A DNA stretch of 64,000 bases from an uncultured Candidatus Saccharimonadales bacterium (GTDB taxonomy: Bacteria > Patescibacteriota > Saccharimonadia > UBA4664). Every line of letters begins with the position of its first letter. Position 1 is the stretch's first letter. Position numbers and translations under genes: made by a program. The DNA lies in NCBI GenBank assembly GCA_964467655.1, contig CAYXSN010000003.1, positions 34,714-98,713 of the forward strand, given 5' to 3'. The notes under the pieces are model-generated. The model was not told the DNA's origin. It ran no database searches and was given only the letters and a program-made list of their open reading frames with translations. Below are positions 1 through 9,103 of the stretch, piece by piece.

Positions 1-159
1 CGGTGATGGTCGGAGCGGACATTGCAGCCTCCTCAGGCTTGTGTTGCGTTGAACTTGCATGATGTCAGGGTTCGCTCGTTACCGAGCATGCCAGACATAT
101 TAGCATAAGTAGTTACTTTTGTCAATAGTTATGCCACAATAATACCATCAGGCAAATCA

Positions 160-192
160 AAAGAGGCCCACTCCACCGAGGGCCTCTTTTTT
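160..192. terminator. GC-rich hairpin (gaggcc...ggcctc) followed by a T6 run; the reverse complement also ends in a T4 run, so it is probably a bidirectional rho-independent terminator downstream of groEL
   Basis: Stem 164-169 pairs with 181-186 and tttttt follows at 187-192. The groEL stop is at 326 on the minus strand. Confidence 0.55.
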
Positions 193-325
193 CTACCTGC
201 ACTTTTTAGTTTTATGAGAGCGAACAAGTAGCGGTACACGAGTAGATGGGAGTTCTTACGTAGTCTGAGTATGTTTGAACGTCAGTGAGTTACGCAAGAC
301 AAGTAAGATACTTCCATCAACGAGC

Positions 326-1984
326 CTAGTAGTCCATACCGCCCATACCGCCAGGCATACCACCACCAGCCGCACTCTTCTCTTCGGGGATGTCCACGAT
401 GAGGGCGCCCATAGTCATGGCAGTACCGGCGATCGATACCGCATTCTGGACCGCCTCGCGCACGACCTTGGCCGGGTCAACAATGCCCTGAGTCTTTAGG
501 TCGACTAAGGCAGTGCCGCTCATGACGTCAAAGCCTTGGCCGCTCGCCTTGGCCGCGAGTACTGCCGGCAGTTTCTCGTCGGGGTTAAAGCCGGCGTTGC
601 GCATGAGCTCGCGGAACGGCTGTACCAAAGCTCGCTTGAGAACCAAATGACCAGCTTCAGCACTTGAACCAATCTTGGTCGGTTCGACAGTCAGTTTCTT
701 GGACAGATCAACCAAGGTGACACCACCGCCAGGCACGATACCTTCAGCGACAGCCGCTTTCGTAGCAGCTACGGCGTCATCCACTCTGTCTTTCTTCTCG
801 TTGATTTCAGTCTCAGTAGCTCCACCCACCTTAATGACAGCCACTTTGCCAGCCAAAGCACTTAGGCGCTTCTCCAGGTTTTCTTTGTCGTACTCGCTGG
901 AGGCATTGTCAATCTGGGCCCGGATCTCGGCGATTCTAGCATCAATAGCTTTAGCGTCGCCATAGCCTTCAACGATAGTGGTGTCGTCTTTACCGGCAAT
1001 CACTTTGCGAGCCGATCCCAACATCGCCAAAGTAGCGTTCTCGAAGGTGTAGCCCTGCTCCTCAGTGATCACAGTAGCGCCAGTCAGCTCAGCAATGTCT
1101 TGTAAGATGGCTTTGCGTCGATCACCAAAAGCCGGAGCCTTGATGGCCAGAGTGTTAAATACACCTTTGAGCTTATTGAGCACCAAGGTAGCCAAAGCCT
1201 CACCCTCGACGTCTTCGGCCACAATTACCAAGTCTTTCTTGCCGCCTTGAGCCATTTTCTCGAGTAAGGGCAAGATCTCTTGGATGCCACCAATTTTCTT
1301 GTCAGTCACCAGGATCATTGGCTTTTCATAGACAGCTTCCATGCGGGCCGGGTCGGTCACCATGTATTGGCTGACGTACCCGCGGTCGATCTTGAAACCT
1401 TCAACCACCTCTTTCTCCAGCGCCAGGCCTTGCGACTGCTCAACAGTTACCGTACCGTCTTCACCCACAGCCTCAATGACCTCAGCGATCAGGTCACCGA
1501 TCTCGGCGTCACCGGCAGAAATGGTAGCCACCTGGGCCACTTTGGCTTTGTTTCCGGCAATGGTCTCCGTCATACCGGGGACAGCCGCCAACACCACCTC
1601 AGCCGCTTGATCCAGACCTTTCTTGAGATCCATAGGGTTGTGACCAGCAGCAATCAATTTGTTGGCCTCAGCCAAAATGTGATACGTCAACACGGTTGAG
1701 GTTGTAGTACCATCACCGACGTTATCGGCAGTCTTGGAAGCAGCCGACTTGATCAGTTCAGCCCCCACGCCCCGACCCAGAGTTTCGTCGTTGCGAGCCT
1801 CTATCTCCACAGCTTTAGCCACGCTCACACCGTCGTGAGTAACGCTCGGCCCACCGTAACTCTTGCTCACCACCACGTTGCGACCCTTGGGCCCCATGGT
1901 TACGCGCACGGCTTCGTACAGCTCCTTGGCGCCAGCTAGTACTCGGCCACGGGCGTCATCATCATAGAAAATCTTTTTTGCCAT
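326..1984 (-). CDS. groEL: Chaperonin GroEL (Cpn60)
   Basis: 552 aa. N-terminus MAKKIFYDDDARGRVLAGAKELYEAVRVTMGPKGRNVVV and a C-terminal GGM-repeat tail (GGGMPGGMGGMDY). Full-length and collinear with the GroEL family. Confidence 0.97.
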   Translation of the reverse strand: MAKKIFYDDDARGRVLAGAKELYEAVRVTMGPKGRNVVVSKSYGGPSVTHDGVSVAKAVEIEARNDETLGRGVGAELIKSAASKTADNVGDGTTTSTVLTYHILAEANKLIAAGHNPMDLKKGLDQAAEVVLAAVPGMTETIAGNKAKVAQVATISAGDAEIGDLIAEVIEAVGEDGTVTVEQSQGLALEKEVVEGFKIDRGYVSQYMVTDPARMEAVYEKPMILVTDKKIGGIQEILPLLEKMAQGGKKDLVIVAEDVEGEALATLVLNKLKGVFNTLAIKAPAFGDRRKAILQDIAELTGATVITEEQGYTFENATLAMLGSARKVIAGKDDTTIVEGYGDAKAIDARIAEIRAQIDNASSEYDKENLEKRLSALAGKVAVIKVGGATETEINEKKDRVDDAVAATKAAVAEGIVPGGGVTLVDLSKKLTVEPTKIGSSAEAGHLVLKRALVQPFRELMRNAGFNPDEKLPAVLAAKASGQGFDVMSGTALVDLKTQGIVDPAKVVREAVQNAVSIAGTAMTMGALIVDIPEEKSAAGGGMPGGMGGMDY

Positions 1985-2013
1985 ATCTAAAGTATTACTC
2001 CTTATGCCTGTCG

Positions 2014-2283
2014 TTATTTAGTTTTGACTACAGCCAGAACGTCTTCCTCTTTGACGATGAGCAGCTCATTGCTACCATCCTGTTTGAAGCGATGAGGGCC
2101 GTATTCCGTGTGCACGATCACGTCCCCAACTTTCACTTCTTTGACCTCTTTGCCTACAGCCAGCACCTTGGCCTGCTGAGTCTTGGTCTTGGCTTGATCT
2201 GGCAGCAAAATACCGGCTGCCGTCTTGGTTTGGGCTTCTACTGGTTCGGCCACAATTCTGTCGCCGAGCGGTTGTAACGTCAT
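2014..2283 (-). CDS. groES: Co-chaperonin GroES (Cpn10)
   Basis: 89 aa, LQPLGDRIVAEPVEAQTKTAAGILLPD... matches the GroES mobile-loop region. It lies immediately upstream of groEL in the same operon. Confidence 0.95.
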   Translation of the reverse strand: MTLQPLGDRIVAEPVEAQTKTAAGILLPDQAKTKTQQAKVLAVGKEVKEVKVGDVIVHTEYGPHRFKQDGSNELLIVKEEDVLAVVKTK

Positions 2284-2356
2284 ACCACACTCCTTGTTTA
2301 TAAAATTAGATTTTAGTCACTGATTGCGGCGCCACTCGCCGCCTGTGTCTCTTACT

Positions 2357-2383
2357 TTAGCACTCTCTTGGCGCGAGTGCCAG
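2357..2383. promoter_or_regulatory. CIRCE-like inverted repeat (HrcA operator) upstream of groES
   Basis: TTAGCACTC-N9-GAGTGCcag versus consensus TTAGCACTC-N9-GAGTGCTAA. The left arm is perfect; the right arm matches 6 of 9. It sits about 75 nt upstream of the groES start. Confidence 0.6.
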
Positions 2384-2535
2384 CCCTAACGATAGCGTTA
2401 TGGCTCTAGTGCGTCAACCCCTTCCATAAGTCCAAGATATCAAACCACACTACGCAGTTCTGCGCCGACAAAAAGTGTGTTAAAATTGCCGCTATCCTGA
2501 TTACTCTATCCTGGAGCCAGTAATGAGGCGAACCG

Positions 2536-2919
2536 ATGAGAGTCATAGCACCTCGCACAGCCGTATACTCAGGTGCTGATGGGCTGTCCGACTACCGCAC
2601 ACTCATGCCCCACCTCCATACGCTCATCAAGCCCGGAGGTACAGTCTACATCAGGGTTCCGAACGACCAAAGCCAAATTATTGCTGTTGCCGGACTCATT
2701 GTGCAGCACCAAAACCAGTACCTGCACCTGGATCCCAACACTCTCGACACCACCAAATGGCCGGTGCAGGTACTGCGGATTGAATGTCGGTATGTACGCA
2801 CCCTACAAAACGTGCCGCTTGAACCGGTGATCATCAGATACAAATGGTGGCGCCACATGAAACGGATGCCACTCACCCACGGCCGAGTACTGACACTAAC
2901 CTATCCAGCCACCATCTGA
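2536..2919 (+). CDS. Hypothetical protein (127 aa)
   Basis: Open frame followed directly by a hairpin-T terminator. I recognise no motif. Confidence 0.4.
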   Translation: MRVIAPRTAVYSGADGLSDYRTLMPHLHTLIKPGGTVYIRVPNDQSQIIAVAGLIVQHQNQYLHLDPNTLDTTKWPVQVLRIECRYVRTLQNVPLEPVIIRYKWWRHMKRMPLTHGRVLTLTYPATI

Positions 2920-2958
2920 CCCCCGCTAGCACCCACCTAGTGGGGGTCATATTTTGTC
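2920..2958 (+). terminator. Rho-independent terminator (gaccccc...gggggtc followed by atatttt)
   Basis: Hairpin with a 7-bp GC stem and a T-rich tail directly after the stop of the 2536-2919 ORF. Confidence 0.5.
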
Positions 2959-3106
2959 TAGATTAAACCATTCACCCACACGTTCAACCACCAATGTTAT
3001 CCTGGCATGCCATTTCATTCAAACACCAAAATGATATGCTGTAGCGTATATATATCATATGCTACAACATATCAAATTAGTATGTACGCCGAAAGGAGTC
3101 CCCCAG

Positions 3107-3406
3107 ATGTCGTCAATTGTCACCAAACGCTTCATCCAAGCTCGCGCCGAGACTATATCTGATAGCAGCCAAAAGCAAACCAGATATCAGCTCGAAAGAT
3201 TCGGCGCCCTCATCAGGGAACGCCGCCAAACCTGGTCCTTATCACAAAAACACATTGCCCAACTTGCCAGCACCACCCAAGCAGTCATCGCCCAGATTGA
3301 AGCCGGCAAAGGTAACCCAAGCCTCAGCTTGCTCACCCGCATCACCCACGCCCTGCCAGGCGCTCAGCTCGAATTGCGCCTATTCAATGATTCCCGAAAT
3401 CGCTGA
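3107..3406 (+). CDS. XRE-family (Cro/C1-type) helix-turn-helix transcriptional regulator
   Basis: HTH signature LSQKHIAQLASTTQAVIAQIEAGKGNPSLSLLTRITHAL. RBS aaaggag lies upstream of the ATG at 3107. The ORF track begins it at 3059, but the RBS supports 3107. Confidence 0.65.
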   Translation: MSSIVTKRFIQARAETISDSSQKQTRYQLERFGALIRERRQTWSLSQKHIAQLASTTQAVIAQIEAGKGNPSLSLLTRITHALPGAQLELRLFNDSRNR

Positions 3407-4945
3407 CATCTGTCGCTGGATGGTTCGGAATATCCCGTCGGGCTCGGCTAAAGCCAGGCTGGCTATTTCATCAGCCCGCTCTTGGGTACCTGCCACGCTA
3501 TAGATTCGCAGCTGCGGCGCATTACTTGATTGGCGCAAATGAGCAATATCACCATTTGCAAAATACAGCCTGACACCGTCAAGAGTGTTCACTTTCTCGA
3601 TCTCACCAAAACCCTTCTCAGACGTGAAAAATGCTGCCAACTTCGTCTTGGCTTCAGGCGTATCGTGCGCCAACTGCTCAAGAATAACCTTATACGTTTC
3701 GGGAGGAAAATTGTCGATCAGACCCGATGACGTAAATCGGGCCGGCAGTTTGGCAAACAGCTCCGAGATACTGACTTGCGTTTCAATAGCCACCACCATA
3801 GCCACAATGATCGGCAAAATAGCGTCGCGAGTTGCCAAAGGCGACAGCGTCTGGCCATTGATAGTGAGCTCAGAACCAATCAAGAATCCGCCGTTAGCCT
3901 CCCAGCCCACAACATTATGCTTGCCTTGGGCTCTTGCCTCATTCATAGCCGCTATCACAAACGGCGAACCGATCTTGGTATGGGTCACGGGCACGCCCTG
4001 ATTACCCAGCCAGATATCTGAAGCATCGCTATTACTGATGGGATATGCGGCAAAATCGGCGGATAACCAGTGGGCTACCACTGCCCCTAGCACGTCGCCC
4101 CGGTGAAATTCACCGGTTTCATCCACCACAAACGGCCGGTCGCTATCACCATCCGTGGACACAATCGCAAACAAACCGGGGTTTTCCTGGGCCAGCTGCC
4201 GAAAATACGTCTGGTGCTCAGGTTTGACGTTTTCACTGTCGATCGGAATAAACACTTCAGACCGGCCCACCGGTACGACTTCGGCACCCAGTTCACCCAA
4301 CAGCTCCACCAAAAGGTCGCGCCCCACGGCTGAATGCTGGTAAAACACCACCTTACGGCCGGCCAAAGGTTGACCCGCAAATACCTTGGTATACCGTTCC
4401 CGATAAGCCGCCCCTACATCAGTAGTCTCTGGAATCTGCGGCGCCTGCTTGAGCATCCCGTTTTCGTCAAAAGCACTGGTCTCAAAAGCCTCAGCGTACA
4501 AACGTTGCCGCACTTTGGCCACAGCTTCATGGATATGGATCTCGTCCGGCTTGAGTACCTCACCCTCGGGCTTGTTAAACTTAATGCCGTTCCTGTCGGC
4601 GGGAATGTGACTGCCGGTCACCATAATACCCGCTCCGCGGCCAAAAGACCGGTAGGCTAAGGCCGGTGTTGGTACCAGGCCATTGTATTCCACCTGATAG
4701 CCGCCGTCGGTAATAGCCTTCATGACAGCCTTGGTGATGCGGGGCGTACTGTCGCGTAAGTCACCAGCCACATACACCACATCGCCCGAATTTATCAGGT
4801 CATGACTCAGCAAAAAATCTAAAAAGCCCAAGGTGTTGATATAGCACTCAAGGTCGGTCATCACCGTCACCAGGTCGCGCAATCCCGAAGTACCAAACCC
4901 CATCTCCTTAGGTTCGTACGTTAAGCTGTCCCGTAAACTAACCAT
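3380..4945 (-). CDS. pgm: Phosphoglucomutase (alpha-D-phosphohexomutase superfamily)
   Basis: 521 aa. GFGTSGLRD N-terminal motif and active-site serine loop TGSHIPADRNGIKF (variant of TASHNP). Confidence 0.85.
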   Translation of the reverse strand: MVSLRDSLTYEPKEMGFGTSGLRDLVTVMTDLECYINTLGFLDFLLSHDLINSGDVVYVAGDLRDSTPRITKAVMKAITDGGYQVEYNGLVPTPALAYRSFGRGAGIMVTGSHIPADRNGIKFNKPEGEVLKPDEIHIHEAVAKVRQRLYAEAFETSAFDENGMLKQAPQIPETTDVGAAYRERYTKVFAGQPLAGRKVVFYQHSAVGRDLLVELLGELGAEVVPVGRSEVFIPIDSENVKPEHQTYFRQLAQENPGLFAIVSTDGDSDRPFVVDETGEFHRGDVLGAVVAHWLSADFAAYPISNSDASDIWLGNQGVPVTHTKIGSPFVIAAMNEARAQGKHNVVGWEANGGFLIGSELTINGQTLSPLATRDAILPIIVAMVVAIETQVSISELFAKLPARFTSSGLIDNFPPETYKVILEQLAHDTPEAKTKLAAFFTSEKGFGEIEKVNTLDGVRLYFANGDIAHLRQSSNAPQLRIYSVAGTQERADEIASLALAEPDGIFRTIQRQMSAISGIIE

Positions 4946-6311
4946 GGACTTTGCCTCCGATCACAGCTTCAACTGCCGCTTTCTTTTCATCAAGCAGCTC
5001 TTGGCTACTGGCTTCGATGTTGAGCCGCACTACCGGTTCGGTATTACTAGCCCGCAGATTGAACCACCATTCTGGATACGTGACCGTGAGACCATCAAGG
5101 TCGTCTTGGTCGCCGTCAGCAAATGTTTCGGCCAACTTAGCCCGCACGATAACTGCATCCGCAACCTCAAGGTTCGTTTCATGGGCCGTCGCGTACGCTG
5201 ACTCATACTCGGTAACTAACTCGCTTAAACGCTTATCGGATTCAGCTAAAATACTCACCACGCTCATGACAGCGATAATGCCTGAGTCACTATAATAATC
5301 GTCACGGAAGTAATAGTGGCCCGAAGCCTCAATGCCCAAGACCGCGCCGCTTTGGCGCATCATTGATTTGATTGCGTCATTGCCTACCTTGCAACGTAAG
5401 GCTTTGCCGCCATGAGCCTCAATGGTATCGCGCACCACATGGCTCGTCCGCAAATCGTACACGATGGCCGCCCCGGGGTGGTTTTTGAGAAAATAAGCTA
5501 CTAACATGGCGCCCATTACGTGCTCAGGTACCGGCCGGCCATTTTCATCCACGATCCCGCCTCTGTCACCATCACCGTCAAAAGCCAAACCAAAATCGAG
5601 TTTGTCCTGCCGGACTTTTTCGCACAAATCAGTCAGAGTTTCATACAAATGGGGATTGGCCACGTGGTTTGGAAACGTCCCATCGAGCTCAAAATACATT
5701 TCCTCAACCGTAAAAGGCAATTTTGCTCCCAAATGGGGAAAGATTGCCCCGCCCATGCCATTACCAGCATCAACGGCAATGTGGTACGGCTTGAGAGCAT
5801 CAAGGTTCATAAACTTGAGGATTTGATCGACCCACTCATCATGAACAGCCTTCTTTGTCATATGGCCACGCTGCTCAGCCTCGGGGGCAAAATCGTCGTC
5901 AATCAGTTTTTGCTTAATGTCCATCAATCCGTTGGCAGCGCCCATCGGAACCGATCCATGTCCCACCATCTTGATGCCGTTGTATTTGCCCGGATTATGG
6001 CTGGCCGTCACCATAATACCGCCGGCCGTTTCCTCGAACCTGCCAGCTGCAAAATACACCATATCAGTTGTCACGAGCCCGATGTCCCACACATCACGGC
6101 CTTGCATTGTCAAGCCATCTATGACTGCCGCCGCCAAGCGCTCTGAATCAACTCTCATATCCCGGCCGACAATTACCGGCCCCTTGTGGGGTAACTTATC
6201 AGCCGCTGCCCGGCCGTAGGCTCTCGCCACTTCCTCAGTTAACTCTTCCCCGGAAATACCGCGGACATCATAAGCTTTAAAGATAGATTCAACAAATTTC
6301 ATGACTACCAT
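4938..6311 (-). CDS. Phosphomannomutase/phosphoglucomutase (ManB/AlgC-type phosphohexomutase)
   Basis: 457 aa. Canonical TASHNPGKYNGIK phosphoserine loop and the sugar-binding/metal-binding D-x-D-x-D-R motif (DGDGDR). Overlaps the downstream pgm by 8 bp, so the two form an operon. Confidence 0.9.
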   Translation of the reverse strand: MVVMKFVESIFKAYDVRGISGEELTEEVARAYGRAAADKLPHKGPVIVGRDMRVDSERLAAAVIDGLTMQGRDVWDIGLVTTDMVYFAAGRFEETAGGIMVTASHNPGKYNGIKMVGHGSVPMGAANGLMDIKQKLIDDDFAPEAEQRGHMTKKAVHDEWVDQILKFMNLDALKPYHIAVDAGNGMGGAIFPHLGAKLPFTVEEMYFELDGTFPNHVANPHLYETLTDLCEKVRQDKLDFGLAFDGDGDRGGIVDENGRPVPEHVMGAMLVAYFLKNHPGAAIVYDLRTSHVVRDTIEAHGGKALRCKVGNDAIKSMMRQSGAVLGIEASGHYYFRDDYYSDSGIIAVMSVVSILAESDKRLSELVTEYESAYATAHETNLEVADAVIVRAKLAETFADGDQDDLDGLTVTYPEWWFNLRASNTEPVVRLNIEASSQELLDEKKAAVEAVIGGKVHG

Positions 6312-6420
6312 TATACGCCGCCCGCGCTACCATACATAAGCCAATCTATAAAAAAGAACCCGCTCCTCTGGTTATCAAGGAGCGGGCACCAAGGTTTACC
6401 TGGTTGTCAGACGGCTAACG

Positions 6421-6741
6421 TCAGTCGCAGTCGTGGCCTTTTGACCACTCATGCTTGTTGTCGTGCTTGTAGCTCATGGCATACTTCATCTGCGGATCGC
6501 AGTTGTCGTCATGCTTGTATGATACCATCCGGTGCTGCTTAGCATCCCAGCGCCAACCATGCTGCTGGTACCAGTTTGACTTCTCGGCATTCCAATCTCG
6601 CTGCTCAGTCCGGCCATGGTCGCAGTCTTTACCATAGTTCTCGTGGCCGTCTGAAGCTGAAGCTCCCCCTGCCGAAACTAAGGCAAACGCCAGCGCCAAT
6701 GTCCCTCCGCCAGCCAATTGATACATTAATCGTTTTTTCAT
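6421..6741 (-). CDS. Small secreted protein, His/Asp/Cys/Trp-rich with internal SYKHD(D/N) repeats
   Basis: N-terminal signal peptide MKKRLMYQLAGGGTLALAFALVSAGGASA. Repeated MVSYKHDDNCD and MSYKHDNKHEW motifs. No family recognised. Confidence 0.5.
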   Translation of the reverse strand: MKKRLMYQLAGGGTLALAFALVSAGGASASDGHENYGKDCDHGRTEQRDWNAEKSNWYQQHGWRWDAKQHRMVSYKHDDNCDPQMKYAMSYKHDNKHEWSKGHDCD

Positions 6742-6879
6742 ACACCTCTCCCTTTACATTAAGTACTGGCTGCTAATTATCCGTTTATCAGGTAGCGCAT
6801 ACGTCGGGCATTTCTCTAAATATTTGGCGCTTTATCAGCCCAGAATCAGCAATGCCGATAGCCTCTGCTATACCCAAAT

Positions 6880-7497
6880 GTGCTCCCATCTGGTACCGTA
6901 GAAACAATGGCACAAGAGCAATCACACTCAAACTTACCAAAGATCGCAATATCTGGTATTGCCGGAAGTTTCTCAGAAGAAGCCGCCGCCAAATTTATGA
7001 GAGTTGAAAGCCTGCAGGCCGAAACCGTCTATGCCACAACTGCCCGCGACACCATGGAAATGGTCTCTACCGGCAAGGTCGAATACGGAGTGGTTCCGCT
7101 CGAAAACTCAAACGGCGGTATTGTTGTCGAAACCGTCTATGCCTCCGCCGACTTTCTCTACCATATCGAAGGCATCCTCGAAATCGACGTCCATCAGAAC
7201 CTGATCGTCAAGCGTGGCACCAAGCGCGAAGATGTCCAAAAAATTGTCTCCCACCACCAAGCTCTGGCCCAATGTAAGTTCTATCTGCGCCGCAACTGGC
7301 CCAAGATTGAGCACGTAGAGTATGCCGATACCGCTCTGGCTGCCAAAGATCTGGCAGCCGGCAAGTTGGAGCCCAACGTAGCCGTCATTGCCTCGGCCAC
7401 TGCCGCCAAGCTCTACAACTTAGATATTCTCGACCCCAGCATTCAAGACCTCAAGTTCAACTTCACCTCGTTCATGATCATCTCCAAACATGACTGA
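6880..7497 (+). CDS. pheA: Prephenate dehydratase (PDT catalytic domain only, no ACT domain)
   Basis: KIAISGIAGSFSEEAA...YGVVPLENSNGGIV matches the PDT signature (KIAYLGPxGTFS...GVVPIENS). The true start may be the ATG at 6910. Confidence 0.8.
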   Translation: MLPSGTVETMAQEQSHSNLPKIAISGIAGSFSEEAAAKFMRVESLQAETVYATTARDTMEMVSTGKVEYGVVPLENSNGGIVVETVYASADFLYHIEGILEIDVHQNLIVKRGTKREDVQKIVSHHQALAQCKFYLRRNWPKIEHVEYADTALAAKDLAAGKLEPNVAVIASATAAKLYNLDILDPSIQDLKFNFTSFMIISKHD

Positions 7498-8374
7498 AAG
7501 CCCGCTGCTCAACCACTCAGTCTTAATGACAGATCCTCGCCATATCGGCATTGCCGGCATCAACGCCTATGAAGACGTTTCTCATGGTCCAGATTATGAG
7601 GCGGCCCAGATTCAGTTTGAGTCCATCAGGGCAGCCATTGCCCAAACCGGTATCAAGATCCAACAGGTCGACAGTCCCCCGAACTGCCAAGACGGCGTGT
7701 ACACCGCCAACTGGGCAATCACGTACCACGGTAAGGCCTTGCTCTCCAAACTACCCAACGCACGGGCAGCCGAAGAACCGTATGCCCAAATCGAGCTCCA
7801 AAAACGAGGCTTTGATTGCCGCCGACCAGCCGATTACTTCTCAGGTCAGGGTGACGCCCTACTCTTCAATGAACACGAAGCCATCATTGGGCACGGCTAC
7901 CGTACAATGCTAACGCCAGGCTTAAAATCAGACCTGGAATGGCTCGGCATCACACCTGTATTCGTACAGGCCATCCCTCAGCTTGATACCCACGGCCAGC
8001 CCCAAATCAACCGAGTGACAGGCCTAGCTGACAGTTATTATTACGACATCGACCTAGCTGTGGCCGTCATTGCCCCCAATGTACTGGCCGTCTGCCTGGA
8101 CGCTCTTACTCCTGCCAGCCAGGTCACCATCGAGAAATTGCAGACTCGTACCACAAACCCGGTCACCATCATTAATGTCTCCGAAACCGAAGCCCGCCAG
8201 GGCTTTGCCTGCAACCTCCTCAGCACCGGCCGCACCGTAGTAATGTCAGACGCCGCACCCCGGCTCGCCTCAGAGCTGAAAAAACTAGACTACCGAGTGA
8301 TTACCACCAACCTCGACCAGTTCAAACTCACTGGCGGCGGCATCAGATGTGTCAGTCTAACGCTCAACCGCTAA
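7490..8374 (+). CDS. Amidinotransferase-superfamily (pentein fold) enzyme, arginine-deiminase/DDAH-like
   Basis: 294 aa. C-terminal GGGIRCVSLTLNR resembles the catalytic-Cys motif GGG-x-(R/H)C of arginine deiminase/amidinotransferases. Overlaps pheA by 8 bp. Confidence 0.5.
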   Translation: MTESPLLNHSVLMTDPRHIGIAGINAYEDVSHGPDYEAAQIQFESIRAAIAQTGIKIQQVDSPPNCQDGVYTANWAITYHGKALLSKLPNARAAEEPYAQIELQKRGFDCRRPADYFSGQGDALLFNEHEAIIGHGYRTMLTPGLKSDLEWLGITPVFVQAIPQLDTHGQPQINRVTGLADSYYYDIDLAVAVIAPNVLAVCLDALTPASQVTIEKLQTRTTNPVTIINVSETEARQGFACNLLSTGRTVVMSDAAPRLASELKKLDYRVITTNLDQFKLTGGGIRCVSLTLNR

Positions 8375-9103
8375 TTCGTCATTGAGTCGTTGTAGCTCGA
8401 CAACTAGCTGTTGCCGCATGTCCGCCGCATAGGGGTTGTACTTTTGAATCGTCTCAAACAGTTCAGCCGTGTCATTCTCCACGATTCGACGCACATCGAG
8501 CAAATGCTGGTAGGTTTTCGTCTTGAGCGGCGTATTCGGAATATCCAGGTCATGAAACGCCCGCCCCAACAGAAACGTCAACGCATGTACGTAAGCCATC
8601 TCCCGGTCGTGCTCGTCGGGGCTCACCTGCTGAACATCAAGTTTGAGGGTACCCTTCAAAAACACTTCTAGACGCTCAAAACGCTCATTAGATACCCGCA
8701 CTGGCCACAACACCATCGGCAAGCCCTCAACCCCATCAGCACCGCTCTGAGGCCCAAATAAGGGGTGCGTGGCCACAATATCGACGTCTGCCGGCACATG
8801 TCGCTCCATCAGTTGGACCGGCACCGTTTTGACGCTTGAGACATCAATCACCATCGATCCCGGCCGCAGCAACGGCGCCATGTGCTGCAAAACAGCTTCA
8901 AGACTCTGGACCGGCACACTCGGCACCACTATGTCTGCAGCGCAAGCCTCATCAAAACTCACCAGTCGGCCACCAACTGCCGCCACCTCAACCGGCTGCG
9001 CCCGACGGCTGCTAACCACCACCGGCACATGCGGGCTCAGCACCTTGGTCATAAAGGCGCCAAACACTCCAAAGCCAATGATGCCTATCGTCCGCGCCAC
9101 CAC
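8357..9103 (-). CDS. tyrA: Prephenate/arogenate dehydrogenase
   Basis: N-terminal Rossmann fold IGIIGFGVFGAFM and the conserved ATHPLFGP motif (HPMFGP-like). Lies adjacent to pheA. Confidence 0.8.
   Translation of the reverse strand: MVARTIGIIGFGVFGAFMTKVLSPHVPVVVSSRRAQPVEVAAVGGRLVSFDEACAADIVVPSVPVQSLEAVLQHMAPLLRPGSMVIDVSSVKTVPVQLMERHVPADVDIVATHPLFGPQSGADGVEGLPMVLWPVRVSNERFERLEVFLKGTLKLDVQQVSPDEHDREMAYVHALTFLLGRAFHDLDIPNTPLKTKTYQHLLDVRRIVENDTAELFETIQKYNPYAADMRQQLVVELQRLNDELAVER

Noticed and set aside
275-1699. Plus-strand ORFs 275-499, 675-965, 1065-1250, 1280-1699 and 1341-1610
   Set aside because: All are antisense to, and nested within, the highly conserved groEL coding sequence. They are low-complexity frames typical of the reverse strand of a GC-rich gene.
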